64,000 nucleotides of DNA from an uncultured Clostridia bacterium (GCA_944367185.1 CALVWM010000001.1:3189-67188), one strand, 5' to 3'; numbered from the stretch's first letter, positions 51,423-59,292 are shown. Notes: generated by a model not told the origin, from the letters alone. Numbers and translations: made by a program.

Positions 51423-52805
51423 TTAGAGATGCTTTGCGCGCTTGACAAATTTTCCTTCGCCGTAACTGCCGACGTATTCGCCGTTGTCATAGACGAGCTT
51501 GCCGCGCAGCCAGGTCTGAACGGGATAGCCGTGTAGGTGCTTTCCTTCCCAGATGGTGTGGTCGTAGTCGGAGTGCATGTTCGCAACGGAGATCGTGAAG
51601 TCCTTTTCGGGATCGTACACGACGATATCCGCATCCTTGCCGACGGCGATCGCGCCCTTCCGGGTGCAGCCGAAGATCCTCGCGGGGTTGGTCGCGCACA
51701 GCTCGACGGCGCGCTCGTAGGTGATCTTCCCCTTTCCCGCCGCGTCCAGCATGTAGGGATAGAGGTTCTCGATGCCCGCGCAGCCGTTGGGGATCTTGGT
51801 GAAGTCCTCCTTGCCCCAGTCCTTTTCCGCCTGCATGAAGGGGCAGTGGTCGGTCGCAACGGTATCGATAAAGCCGTCCGAGATCGCCTTCCAGAGCGCC
51901 TCGCGCGAAGCCTCGCCCTTCATGGGCGGCGAGCAGACGAAGTTTCTGCCGTCCTCGCGCTTGTACACGTCGGACGTGAATTCCAGATACTGCGGGCAGG
52001 TCTCGGCATAGATCTTCACGCCGCGCGCCTTTGCCTCGCGCACCACCTCTACGCCGCCTGCGTTTGCCAGGTGGACGATGTACAGCGGCGCACCCGTGTA
52101 TTCCGCCCAGTAGATCGCGCGCCTGTCCGCCTCCTCCTCGACGAATTCGGGGCGGGAGAGGTAGTGATACCAGGGCGAGAGCTTGCCCTCACGCTTAAAC
52201 TGCGCGACCTTGGCGTCGATGACGTCGCAGTTTTCGGCGTGCACGTTGACGAGGATGCCCGCCTTTTTCGCCTCCTCGAGGACGGTGAGGATATTGCCGT
52301 CGTCGATCATCATGTTTTCCCTGCGGTAGACCATGAAGCACTTGAAGGAAGTGATGCCCGCCTCCGCCGCGACGGGGAACTCGGAGAGGAGCCTGCCGTC
52401 GTCCAGATTGGTGATCGCGACGTGGAAGGCATAGTCGGACGCCGCGACGGGCGCGCACATTGCCATGCGCTTTTCCACCGACTCCATGATGCCGTCCACC
52501 TTGTCGCCGTACTTCTTCTGCATGACGTAGTCAAACACCGTTGTCACGCCGCCGCAGACCGCCGCGCGCGTGCCCGCCTTATAGTCGTCCGCAGAGACTG
52601 TGCCGCCGAACGGCATCGCGAGGTGGGTGTGCGCGTCGATCGCGCCGGGCAGGACGAGCTTGCCCGTGACGTCCACCACCTTGCTTGCCGCCGACGCATC
52701 GATCTTGCCGATGCAGGCGATCTTCTCGCCCGTGACGGCGACGTCCGCTTCGAACACGCCCTCCGCCGTGACCACTTTTCCGCCCTGAAATAAGATGTCA
52801 AACAT
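51423..52805 (-). CDS. dihydropyrimidinase / D-hydantoinase
   Basis: 460 aa. The segments LPGAIDAHTHLAMPFGG...KCFMVY...VHAEN are typical of cyclic amidohydrolases. Confidence 0.88.
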   Translation of the reverse strand: MFDILFQGGKVVTAEGVFEADVAVTGEKIACIGKIDASAASKVVDVTGKLVLPGAIDAHTHLAMPFGGTVSADDYKAGTRAAVCGGVTTVFDYVMQKKYGDKVDGIMESVEKRMAMCAPVAASDYAFHVAITNLDDGRLLSEFPVAAEAGITSFKCFMVYRRENMMIDDGNILTVLEEAKKAGILVNVHAENCDVIDAKVAQFKREGKLSPWYHYLSRPEFVEEEADRRAIYWAEYTGAPLYIVHLANAGGVEVVREAKARGVKIYAETCPQYLEFTSDVYKREDGRNFVCSPPMKGEASREALWKAISDGFIDTVATDHCPFMQAEKDWGKEDFTKIPNGCAGIENLYPYMLDAAGKGKITYERAVELCATNPARIFGCTRKGAIAVGKDADIVVYDPEKDFTISVANMHSDYDHTIWEGKHLHGYPVQTWLRGKLVYDNGEYVGSYGEGKFVKRAKHL

Positions 52806-52827
52806 AATTTACTCCTTTTTTTCCTGC

Positions 52828-52858
52828 AAAACGGAGGGGCGGTTTGCCCCTCCGTTTT
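52828..52858 (-). terminator. hairpin between the SBP gene and the dihydropyrimidinase gene (short U-tract; likely partial terminator or attenuator)
   Basis: Stem AAAACGGAGGGGC / GCCCCTCCGTTTT. Only about 25 nt lie between the hairpin and the SD and ATG of the next gene, and no promoter was seen there. Confidence 0.45.
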
Positions 52859-52907
52859 GCTCGGAAAGTAATCGCCTCCGCAAACATGCGGTGATCGGTT
52901 GGTTTAT

Positions 52908-54056
52908 TTACGACCCAAATACGTAGCTGTCGAGATCGCTCAGGTCGACTGCATCGTGCACTTCCTCCCAGAACGCCGTGTAGAACACCTGCGAGAAGGT
53001 AAGGTTGCCGATCGCTTCCTGCGTTGCAAGGTCGGTCGAGCTGGGCGTCGTGCTTGCCGTGGAGCTGGTGTAGTACTGCGAAAGGATGTCGCGCGTCGTG
53101 TTAAATTCACTTTCGACCATCGTTCCGATCGCATTGAGATTTGATTCGGTGACGGTGGTGCCGTCCACGACCAGCTTAGCGACCTCGGAAGCCATGTACT
53201 GCTGGTGATAGAGCGAGACGCTGTCGCCTGCCTCATAGACCAGAGCGCCCGTATCGTTGCCCGCGACGCCCATCTCCGCAGGATCGGCATGGGTGCATGC
53301 CCAAGCCCAGCCCTTGATGGACGCGCGCAGGAACGCCCTGACCGTATCCTGGTTTGCCGCCGCCCATTCGCTGTCCACAAACAGGCAGTCCTCCATCATC
53401 GCGACGTCGGTATCACGCATGTAGATGACGTTCAGTTCGTCAAGATCGTACCCCTCTTCCAGAACAAGTCCCAGTTCGTTGTACGTCATTGCCGAAGCCC
53501 AGTGCAGCTCGCCCGTCAGAAGCTGGTTCATGTCATAGCTCTGCGAGGTCAGCTCGGTATCCAGCCCGAGGGATGCAAGGTATGCCTGCAATTCGTACTG
53601 GTTGCCGCCCAGCCAGTTGCCGACGCTCTCGCCCGCTTCGACTTCCGTCTCCTCGCCCTGCGTCTCCTTCATAGAGACAATGGTCATGCCCGAATCCTGA
53701 TAGAACTGGGCGATCGCCATCAGCGAAGAGCCGTTTGCAATGGAAGGCAGCAGGTTGGAGACCCACGTCGTGCCGAACTGCGCGTTTCCGCTCTCCACGG
53801 CGTCGATCTCGGACGTCGTGCCGCCCTCGACGATGGTGACATCCAGTCCCTCTTCTTCATAGAAGCCCAGCACGTCCGCCGCGTAGTAGCCCATGAACTG
53901 GGACTGACGCAGCCACTTGAGCTGAAGCGTGACCGGGGTGAGCTCACCGTCGGAGCTGTTGTCCGGATCGTCCGATTCGGCGGGTGCGCATGCCGCAAAG
54001 GACAGCATCGCCGCTGCGAGCAGACCGGAAGCTACAACAAGGGGAAATTTTTTCAT
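52908..54056 (-). CDS. NMT1/THI5-like substrate-binding lipoprotein of a NitT/TauT-family ABC importer
   Basis: The ATG at 54056 lies 8 nt after GGAGG. Features: lipobox LSFAAC; LQLKWLRQSQFMGYYAA is typical of the NMT1/SsuA fold. Confidence 0.75.
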   Translation of the reverse strand: MKKFPLVVASGLLAAAMLSFAACAPAESDDPDNSSDGELTPVTLQLKWLRQSQFMGYYAADVLGFYEEEGLDVTIVEGGTTSEIDAVESGNAQFGTTWVSNLLPSIANGSSLMAIAQFYQDSGMTIVSMKETQGEETEVEAGESVGNWLGGNQYELQAYLASLGLDTELTSQSYDMNQLLTGELHWASAMTYNELGLVLEEGYDLDELNVIYMRDTDVAMMEDCLFVDSEWAAANQDTVRAFLRASIKGWAWACTHADPAEMGVAGNDTGALVYEAGDSVSLYHQQYMASEVAKLVVDGTTVTESNLNAIGTMVESEFNTTRDILSQYYTSSTASTTPSSTDLATQEAIGNLTFSQVFYTAFWEEVHDAVDLSDLDSYVFGS

Positions 54057-54088
54057 AATGGAAACCTCCACAAAAATTTAAAACAGGT

Positions 54089-54970
54089 TCAGGATTTTCT
54101 CTGCGAAGCGTGCCAACGGATGGCGCGTTTTTCGATGACCGCGACGATCGCGTACATGATGAGTCCGATGACGACCGCCATAAAGATGTATGCCCACGCC
54201 GCCGTACGGTTTTGCGTATCGAACGCCGTCTTGAACACCTTTCCAAGCCCGATCGACGTCGTGTAGGCGTAGATCTCGGAGATGAACACCGCCGCCATTG
54301 CCGTTGCGACGTTGATCTTGAGCGCCGTAAAGGTATTGGGCAGGGAGGCGGGAAGCCTCATCTTGACAAAGCTCGTTGCCGAGGAAGCGTTGTACACCTT
54401 CATGAGATCGCCCGAGAAAGGTTTGACGGTATTCAGTCCCTTATAGGCGTTGACCGCCATGCCCGCCATACAGGTGATGATGACGATGACCAGCTTTGCC
54501 GCATAGGGCGCGGACGAGCCGAACATGTTGTTAATCGCGGGCGCTAAGGCAACGACGGGCGCGGAGACCAGAATGGTGAGGATGACGAGCACCCCTCCGC
54601 CCCACTTGCGGCAGACGGTCGCAAGCAGCGCGCATCCGTAGCCGAGGAGCGCACCTAAGAGATAGCCGGGAATGAGCGCCGAGAGCGTGATGCCGGCATT
54701 GTACATCATCGTGCCGAAGTTTGCGACGGCATAGTTAAAGATGCCGATGCTCGTTGTGATTGTCGTGACCTGCGTGAGCGCGTTGGTCGTCGAGAATGTC
54801 TTGTCGAACGGGAACGGGAGCTGGGAATAGGTCTGTCCCAGCATCGCATGCAGCGCGCCCGTCTGCCAGAGGACGAACACGAGGACGAGAAGAAGCAGAA
54901 AGTAGACGGCGCTGTCGATTTTGCTCCAGTAATACCGGAATCTGCGCCACTTGAAATTGGTCTTTTTCAT
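54089..54970 (-). CDS. ABC transporter permease (NitT/TauT family)
   Basis: Start trimmed to MKKTNFKW. Polytopic. Confidence 0.8.
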   Translation of the reverse strand: MKKTNFKWRRFRYYWSKIDSAVYFLLLLVLVFVLWQTGALHAMLGQTYSQLPFPFDKTFSTTNALTQVTTITTSIGIFNYAVANFGTMMYNAGITLSALIPGYLLGALLGYGCALLATVCRKWGGGVLVILTILVSAPVVALAPAINNMFGSSAPYAAKLVIVIITCMAGMAVNAYKGLNTVKPFSGDLMKVYNASSATSFVKMRLPASLPNTFTALKINVATAMAAVFISEIYAYTTSIGLGKVFKTAFDTQNRTAAWAYIFMAVVIGLIMYAIVAVIEKRAIRWHASQRKS

Positions 54971-54980
54971 CGTTCGCACC

Positions 54981-55829
54981 TCAGTCCGTCGACTTCCAGC
55001 GAATGACAAAGTGCCGGACAAGTTCTACCAGATAGAAGATGAGCACGCCCGCAAGGATCGCCATGAAGATATACCCCCAGCAAAGATCCCAGCGGCTCGC
55101 GTACTGCGAAGCGAAGATGCCGTACCCCAGTCCCCCCTGCGTGCGCAGCAGCTCCGTGAAGATGACGGCGCAGAATGCCGAGGGCGCCGCGAGCTTGAGC
55201 CCGACGAACAGCGAAGGGAGCGCGGCGGGGAACATGAGCTTGGTGTAGACCTGATATGTATTCGCCGCAGAGATCTTCAAAAGTTCCTTTCTCTCCCGAT
55301 CCACCGCCTTGAACCCCGCGAACGTGTTCGCCGCAATGGGGAAGAAGGACATGTATGCCGCCATGAACATCTTGGATGTGAACAGCTCCGGGAAAATGGA
55401 GAGAAAGATGGGCGCAAGCCCGAGCATGGGGATCATCTGCGAGACGAGCAGCAACGGATACCCCACCTTCTGCACGGGGAGGAACAGGCTCATGAGAAGC
55501 GCGAACACGATCCCGAGCGCAAAGCCGATGAGAAAGCCGAGAATGGCGACGCTAAGCGTATCCCACAGATAGCTCCAGATCGTTGCGCCGCACAGCGAAT
55601 AGGACTGCGTCGCCGTCTGAACGGTATCGGTGGAGAAACACCAGTAGATCATGTCGTACAGGTGCGGGAATACGGTGTTCGAGCCGCCGGACGCCTGCAC
55701 TGCCGCCGCAATGATCTCCCACACCGCGAAGAATCCGATGAGCCAGACGATCGTCACCAGCCAGCGCGGCGGGATAAATTCCCTGGATGTCTTCTGCTCC
55801 TTTTCCTGCGCAGTATGACTGCCGCGCAT
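54981..55829 (-). CDS. ABC transporter permease (NitT/TauT family)
   Basis: Start trimmed to MRGSHTAQEK. Polytopic paralog of the neighbouring permease. Confidence 0.8.
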   Translation of the reverse strand: MRGSHTAQEKEQKTSREFIPPRWLVTIVWLIGFFAVWEIIAAAVQASGGSNTVFPHLYDMIYWCFSTDTVQTATQSYSLCGATIWSYLWDTLSVAILGFLIGFALGIVFALLMSLFLPVQKVGYPLLLVSQMIPMLGLAPIFLSIFPELFTSKMFMAAYMSFFPIAANTFAGFKAVDRERKELLKISAANTYQVYTKLMFPAALPSLFVGLKLAAPSAFCAVIFTELLRTQGGLGYGIFASQYASRWDLCWGYIFMAILAGVLIFYLVELVRHFVIRWKSTD

Positions 55830-55833
55830 ACGA

Positions 55834-56667
55834 TCACACCCCCTCGAAGTCGGAACGAATCTCCGCAATGTAATCATAGTACTCCTCCGTTTCGCGCATC
55901 TGAGCGCAGCGGGGACGGTTGAGGCTGATATCGAGCACCGCCGAGACCCTGCCGGGATGCGGGCTCATGACGACGACCTTGTCAGACAGATAAACCGACT
56001 CGCTGATGTTGTGCGTGACAAAGACAATGGTCATCTTGTTTTCCTTCCAGATGCCCAGCAGATCGTCGTGCAGCTTCTCGCGCGTAAACTCATCGAGCGC
56101 GGAGAAGGGTTCATCCATCAGCAGGATCCCGGGATTGACCGCAAGCGCCCTTGCGATAGAGACACGCTGCTGCATGCCACCCGAAAGCTCGTAGGGATAG
56201 CGGTGCGCGAAGTCCTTCAGCCCCACCATCTCGAGCATGTGCTCCGCACGGTCGCGGCGCTCGCCCTTGGGCAGGTGCATGATCTCGAGCGGCATCTCGA
56301 CATTCTTTAACACGGAGCGCCAGTCATAGAGCACCGCGCTCTGGAAGACCATGCCGAGCTTTCTTGCCATGCGCGCCTGCGTCGGACTCATTCCGCCCAC
56401 GCTGACCGAACCCGAAGTGGGTGTGATAAGGTCGGCGATGATGCGCAGGAGCGTCGTCTTGCCGCAGCCCGAAGGACCGAGCAGAGAGACAAAGGAACCG
56501 CTCTCGATCTCAAGATTGACATCGGTGAGCGCCGTCACCTTGTCGCCCTTATCCGTCTCATAGACCATGTTGAGGTTTTCAATGCTGATCCTCCCCTCTT
56601 CATGATCCGCATAATACTGCGTTGCGACTGCCATGTTGAGTCTGTCCCGAATCGCGATCCTTTCCAT
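55834..56667 (-). CDS. ABC transporter ATP-binding protein
   Basis: Walker [10 protein letters not shown], signature LSGGMQQR, Walker B ILLMDEP. Confidence 0.9.
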   Translation of the reverse strand: MERIAIRDRLNMAVATQYYADHEEGRISIENLNMVYETDKGDKVTALTDVNLEIESGSFVSLLGPSGCGKTTLLRIIADLITPTSGSVSVGGMSPTQARMARKLGMVFQSAVLYDWRSVLKNVEMPLEIMHLPKGERRDRAEHMLEMVGLKDFAHRYPYELSGGMQQRVSIARALAVNPGILLMDEPFSALDEFTREKLHDDLLGIWKENKMTIVFVTHNISESVYLSDKVVVMSPHPGRVSAVLDISLNRPRCAQMRETEEYYDYIAEIRSDFEGV

Positions 56668-56814
56668 AATAACTCCTTATAAGATTTTCTTATCCCCTGT
56701 TTTTGCGACGATCGTACCGTGCCTTGAAGCAGGGGACCCCCTTCCAATTTTATCATATGAGATTTTGGCGGGATATTTGCAAGAAAATCAACGTTTTTTG
56801 CTTTGAATGCCATT

Positions 56815-56843
56815 ATATTACACCTTCTCTTTTTGGAAGTCAA
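56815..56843 (-). promoter_or_regulatory. sigma-A promoter of the ABC / pyrimidine-catabolism operon
   Basis: Minus strand reads TTGACT, 17-nt spacer, TAATAT, leaving a ~140-nt leader before the ATG at 56667. Confidence 0.55.
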
Positions 56844-56942
56844 TAAAATGAAAGCAGTTTCTATATACACAAAAATTTGAAATTCTATAAGTTATATTTA
56901 TACTTTTGAATCACCTTTCCTGCGAGGAAAAGGAAAAGAAAA

Positions 56943-56987
56943 CAGGCAGCCGCCCCCTGAGGAAAATCCTCAGGGGGCGGCTGCCTG
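56943..56987. terminator. very strong bidirectional terminator downstream of the flavodoxin gene
   Basis: 20-bp perfect stem CAGGCAGCCGCCCCCTGAGG / CCTCAGGGGGCGGCTGCCTG, with a T-rich run on the minus strand. Confidence 0.75.
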
Positions 56988-57078
56988 TCCGGGCCGAATC
57001 GTTCGAGTGTTCCGGACGCCAACAGCCCTCAATGCCCTATCTGCAAAAACTACCCTTTCAAAAGTTCAGGAAGCCTAC

Positions 57079-57597
57079 TCACGATCCCATCAGCCCGGCG
57101 ATCCACGCACCAACGAGCGCCTCAGCATTTACAAGATCGCGCGAGGTCAGATGCAGGTTGTCGATCAAATTGATCGAAGGATATTCCCGCTGCAAATCGC
57201 CGAACGCGCCGCTGCCCGAGGAGGAAGCGCTGGTTGAAAAGGTGTACACATCCTTGCCCAAAAAGTCATAGCTTTCCGTTTCGAGGAAGGTCTGAATGAT
57301 GCGCGGCGCATCTCCCCACCAGATCGGATGCCCGATAAATACAGCTTCGTAGTCGTTGAAATTCTCTACGATGCCTGAAATCTCGGGGCGGGCGTCCGGG
57401 TCGTCCTGCTCCTGCCTTGCGCGGCAGTTGCTGTTTGAGTAGTCGAGATCTTCCTCCGTATAGGGATCAGCCGCCACAATTTCCCACAGCGCTCCGCCCG
57501 TCGCCCCGGCGATATGTTCCGCAACCTGCCGCGTATTGCCCGTATTCGAGAAATCTTTAATGACACGACCAATGCGCGGATGGAGGAGTTGGAGCAA
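57079..57597 (-). CDS. flavodoxin-family protein; N-terminus atypical, possibly 5'-truncated at a junction with the recombinase remnant
   Basis: NTGNTRQVAEHIA...FIGHPIWWGDAPRIIQTFLE matches short flavodoxins. The usual hydrophobic beta-1 strand (..LVVYFS) is replaced by HPRIGRVIKDFS. No SD or promoter was seen upstream. Confidence 0.55.
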   Translation of the reverse strand: MLQLLHPRIGRVIKDFSNTGNTRQVAEHIAGATGGALWEIVAADPYTEEDLDYSNSNCRARQEQDDPDARPEISGIVENFNDYEAVFIGHPIWWGDAPRIIQTFLETESYDFLGKDVYTFSTSASSSGSGAFGDLQREYPSINLIDNLHLTSRDLVNAEALVGAWIAGLMGS

Positions 57598-57795
57598 CGT
57601 CTTAAAGAAATACAGATAAAACTCGAATTGAATTGTTTAGAAGAACGGCAAAAGCTGACGAAAGATAGCATCATTGAATACCTGACAAATCCTCTTCATC
57701 AGACTTCCAAGCGTCTTTTGCGCACATTGATCGAAAAAATCCTCGTCTATGACGACAAAATCGAAATTTTCTATAAATACACGAAAAAAACTCCC
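57571..57795 (+). pseudogene. C-terminal remnant (~75 codons) of a second large serine recombinase
   Basis: The coiled-coil RMEELEQRLKEIQIKLE and the terminal LIEKILVYDDKIEIFYKYT motif parallel the C-terminus of the intact recombinase at 34392-35954. The catalytic, recombinase and zinc-ribbon domains are absent. Confidence 0.7.
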
Positions 57796-57810
57796 GAAAA
57801 TCCTCGGGAG
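57784..57810 (-). terminator. Rho-independent terminator (minus strand) just beyond the distal ssrA repeat
   Basis: Minus strand reads CTCCCGA-GGATTT-TCGGGAG followed by TTTTTTT. Confidence 0.6.
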
Positions 57811-57841
57811 TCTCTCTCCTATCCAAGTTCGGATAGTTCGG

Positions 57842-57863
57842 TTTTGGTGGACCTGCGCAGAAT
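57842..57863. repeat. direct repeat copy 1: duplicate of the last 18 nt of ssrA plus 4 flanking T
   Basis: TTTTGGTGGACCTGCGCAGAAT is identical to 58030-58051. Confidence 0.85.
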
Positions 57864-57988
57864 ACTTCGCGCCAATCGTGCCATCTTTCCTTTTCCTGCG
57901 CTGTGCGCTGCGCTCGTGCCAAAGCTACGCTTCGGGGTGAACTGCGGCATGGCTTCGCCATACTTGCGCAGTCATTTGACAGGTCCGC

Positions 57989-58033
57989 AAAAAGGGGGCG
58001 GGGACTGGCCAAGCCAGTCCCCGCCCCCTTTTT
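57989..58033. terminator. strong hairpin directly downstream of the tmRNA 3' end
   Basis: AAAAA-GGGGGCGGGGACTGG-CCAA-GCCAGTCCCCGCCCCC-TTTTT. Confidence 0.7.
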
Positions 58034-58051
58034 GGTGGACCTGCGCAGAAT
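58030..58051. repeat. direct repeat copy 2 (overlaps the genuine tmRNA 3' end)
   Basis: Identical 22-mer to 57842-57863. The sequences diverge immediately beyond it. Confidence 0.85.
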
Positions 58052-58419
58052 TGAACTGCGGTCTTACAAGGTTCGTCTGCGGACACTACACGCTTAGTCT
58101 GTGATCAGATCTCGCCCGCGGGCAGTCCACAGACAACCTGCGCCTTGGGCATACTTCCCTATGATCCTCTCAGGGGACGGAAGTGTTTCCCCCAAGTAGG
58201 TTCCCCACTCAATTGACGCCCTGTTCCCGACCGTGGGCAATCGGGGCAGGACGGGGCTTAAATGGTTAAGCCGCAAGCGCTACACGGCGCGCGGAAGCGC
58301 GACGTGCAACAGCCGATCTCTTTTTGGAATCAGCATTTAAAATTGTTCCGTTTTTCCGGAGCCGAGCCTCCGACGTGCGTCCGTCAAACTCCGCTTGCAA
58401 TCGAATCCGAAACAGGCCC
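58033..58419 (-). ncRNA. ssrA: transfer-messenger RNA (tmRNA)
   Basis: Minus-strand 5' end reads GGGCCUGUUUCGGAUUCGA... The 3' end reads ...CGCAG-UUCAAUU-CUGCG-CAGGUCC-A-CCA. Together these give a 7-bp acceptor stem with G3:U70, a T-arm and an encoded CCA. The internal tag frame ends GCG CUU GCG GCU UAA (..ALAA stop). Confidence 0.88.
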
Positions 58420-58436
58420 ATGGAGTTTGTTTTATT

Positions 58437-58465
58437 ATATTATACCCCAAAGCGCGTTTTGTCAA
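58437..58465 (-). promoter_or_regulatory. sigma-A promoter of ssrA
   Basis: Minus strand reads TTGACA, then TATAAT at 15 nt or TAATAT at 17 nt, about 20 nt upstream of the mature 5' end. Confidence 0.55.
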
Positions 58466-58509
58466 ACAAAATGACGGCGTTTTGATCGGAATCCCGCAAG
58501 CCCGCTCAA

Positions 58510-58803
58510 TCACGTTTCACTCTGCTGCCATTGCACAAAGATGCTTAAGATACGTTCCAACTTCTTGGGATCACCCATTCCCTTAAAAAAATAATTTTCC
58601 ACTTTGCACAAGATCCAATCCTGGTCGGAGTTCCATTCGTCGATCTGCTCAAAGGGTTTATCCTGCAATTCAGTCTCGTACAGGTAAATTTCGACGCTCC
58701 AGCCGGGATTATCCAGCGTCTCGATCGTGATCCCGTAATCATGCTCCCAATCCCCGTCGCATTGCGACTGAAACCATTCATTGACCGCGTTTAAGACACC
58801 CAT
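58510..58803 (-). CDS. Imm53-like immunity-type protein
   Basis: The ATG at 58803 follows AAGGAGG. NEWFQSQCDGDWEHDYGITIETLDNPGWSVEIYL matches my recollection of the Imm53 family signature. Confidence 0.55.
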   Translation of the reverse strand: MGVLNAVNEWFQSQCDGDWEHDYGITIETLDNPGWSVEIYLYETELQDKPFEQIDEWNSDQDWILCKVENYFFKGMGDPKKLERILSIFVQWQQSET

Positions 58804-58840
58804 TGCAACCTCCTTTTTTTCGAAAACAGCATAAAAAATA

Positions 58841-59248
58841 TTATCCCTTTCGCAACGACGACGCCAAAACGATGAACTTATCGGGCGAGCCGAAAAAATA
58901 TTCCTCTTTGAACAGGGCGACCTTGTCCATGACAAACGCACTGCCGCCCCCTGAGGCAAAACATGCCTCAACTCCCTCTTCGATCAATACGATTTCTCCG
59001 TCCCGTGCGCAGAAAACCAGAAATCCATTTCCCTCGCGGGTATACTTCTTCAATTGCGCGATCGCCTGCGCTTCATTGAGTTTATCGCCTCCAAAAACGA
59101 TCGCCTTTTCATCGATCATCCCGAGCACGTCGTGGCAAAGTCTCCATTCAAACCGATCGGGCTTCTTGCGCATCTCGTGAAGGACGCGCTCCCGCAAGTC
59201 CTTTCTGACAAATTGATCTGCAAAATATTCCTGCTGCACTTTGGTCAT
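58841..59248 (-). CDS. hypothetical protein (135 aa), no family recognised
   Basis: The ATG at 59248 (MTKVQQEYF) follows GGGAGAGG. The longer ORF-track version runs into recG in another frame. Confidence 0.55.
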   Translation of the reverse strand: MTKVQQEYFADQFVRKDLRERVLHEMRKKPDRFEWRLCHDVLGMIDEKAIVFGGDKLNEAQAIAQLKKYTREGNGFLVFCARDGEIVLIEEGVEACFASGGGSAFVMDKVALFKEEYFFGSPDKFIVLASSLRKG

Positions 59249-59292
59249 ACATCCTCTCCCCTGCCGACTTTCCGCCGTACTCCAAAACGGCA

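Noticed and set aside
56668-56815. Assigning the operon leader to a named riboswitch class (TPP, purine, NMT1/xanthine)
   Set aside because: None of the conserved cores I can recall, such as the CUGAGA of the TPP riboswitch, is present. Only generic alternative pairings were seen, so the region is reported as unclassified.
34392-57800. The idea that the two serine recombinase sequences bound a 23-kb mobile element (V-ATPase plus pyrimidine operon)
   Set aside because: The content is housekeeping-type GC-rich operons with their own promoters. The two recombinase sequences are in the same orientation and one is only a stump. No matching flanking sequences were found.
57514-58104. 196-aa ORF as a single real gene
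   Set aside because: It is a chimeric read-through. It covers, in order: antisense flavodoxin, the recombinase remnant, a terminator, ssrA repeat copy 1, the 166-nt insert, a second terminator and antisense tmRNA. Only the recombinase-like middle part is kept, as a pseudogene.
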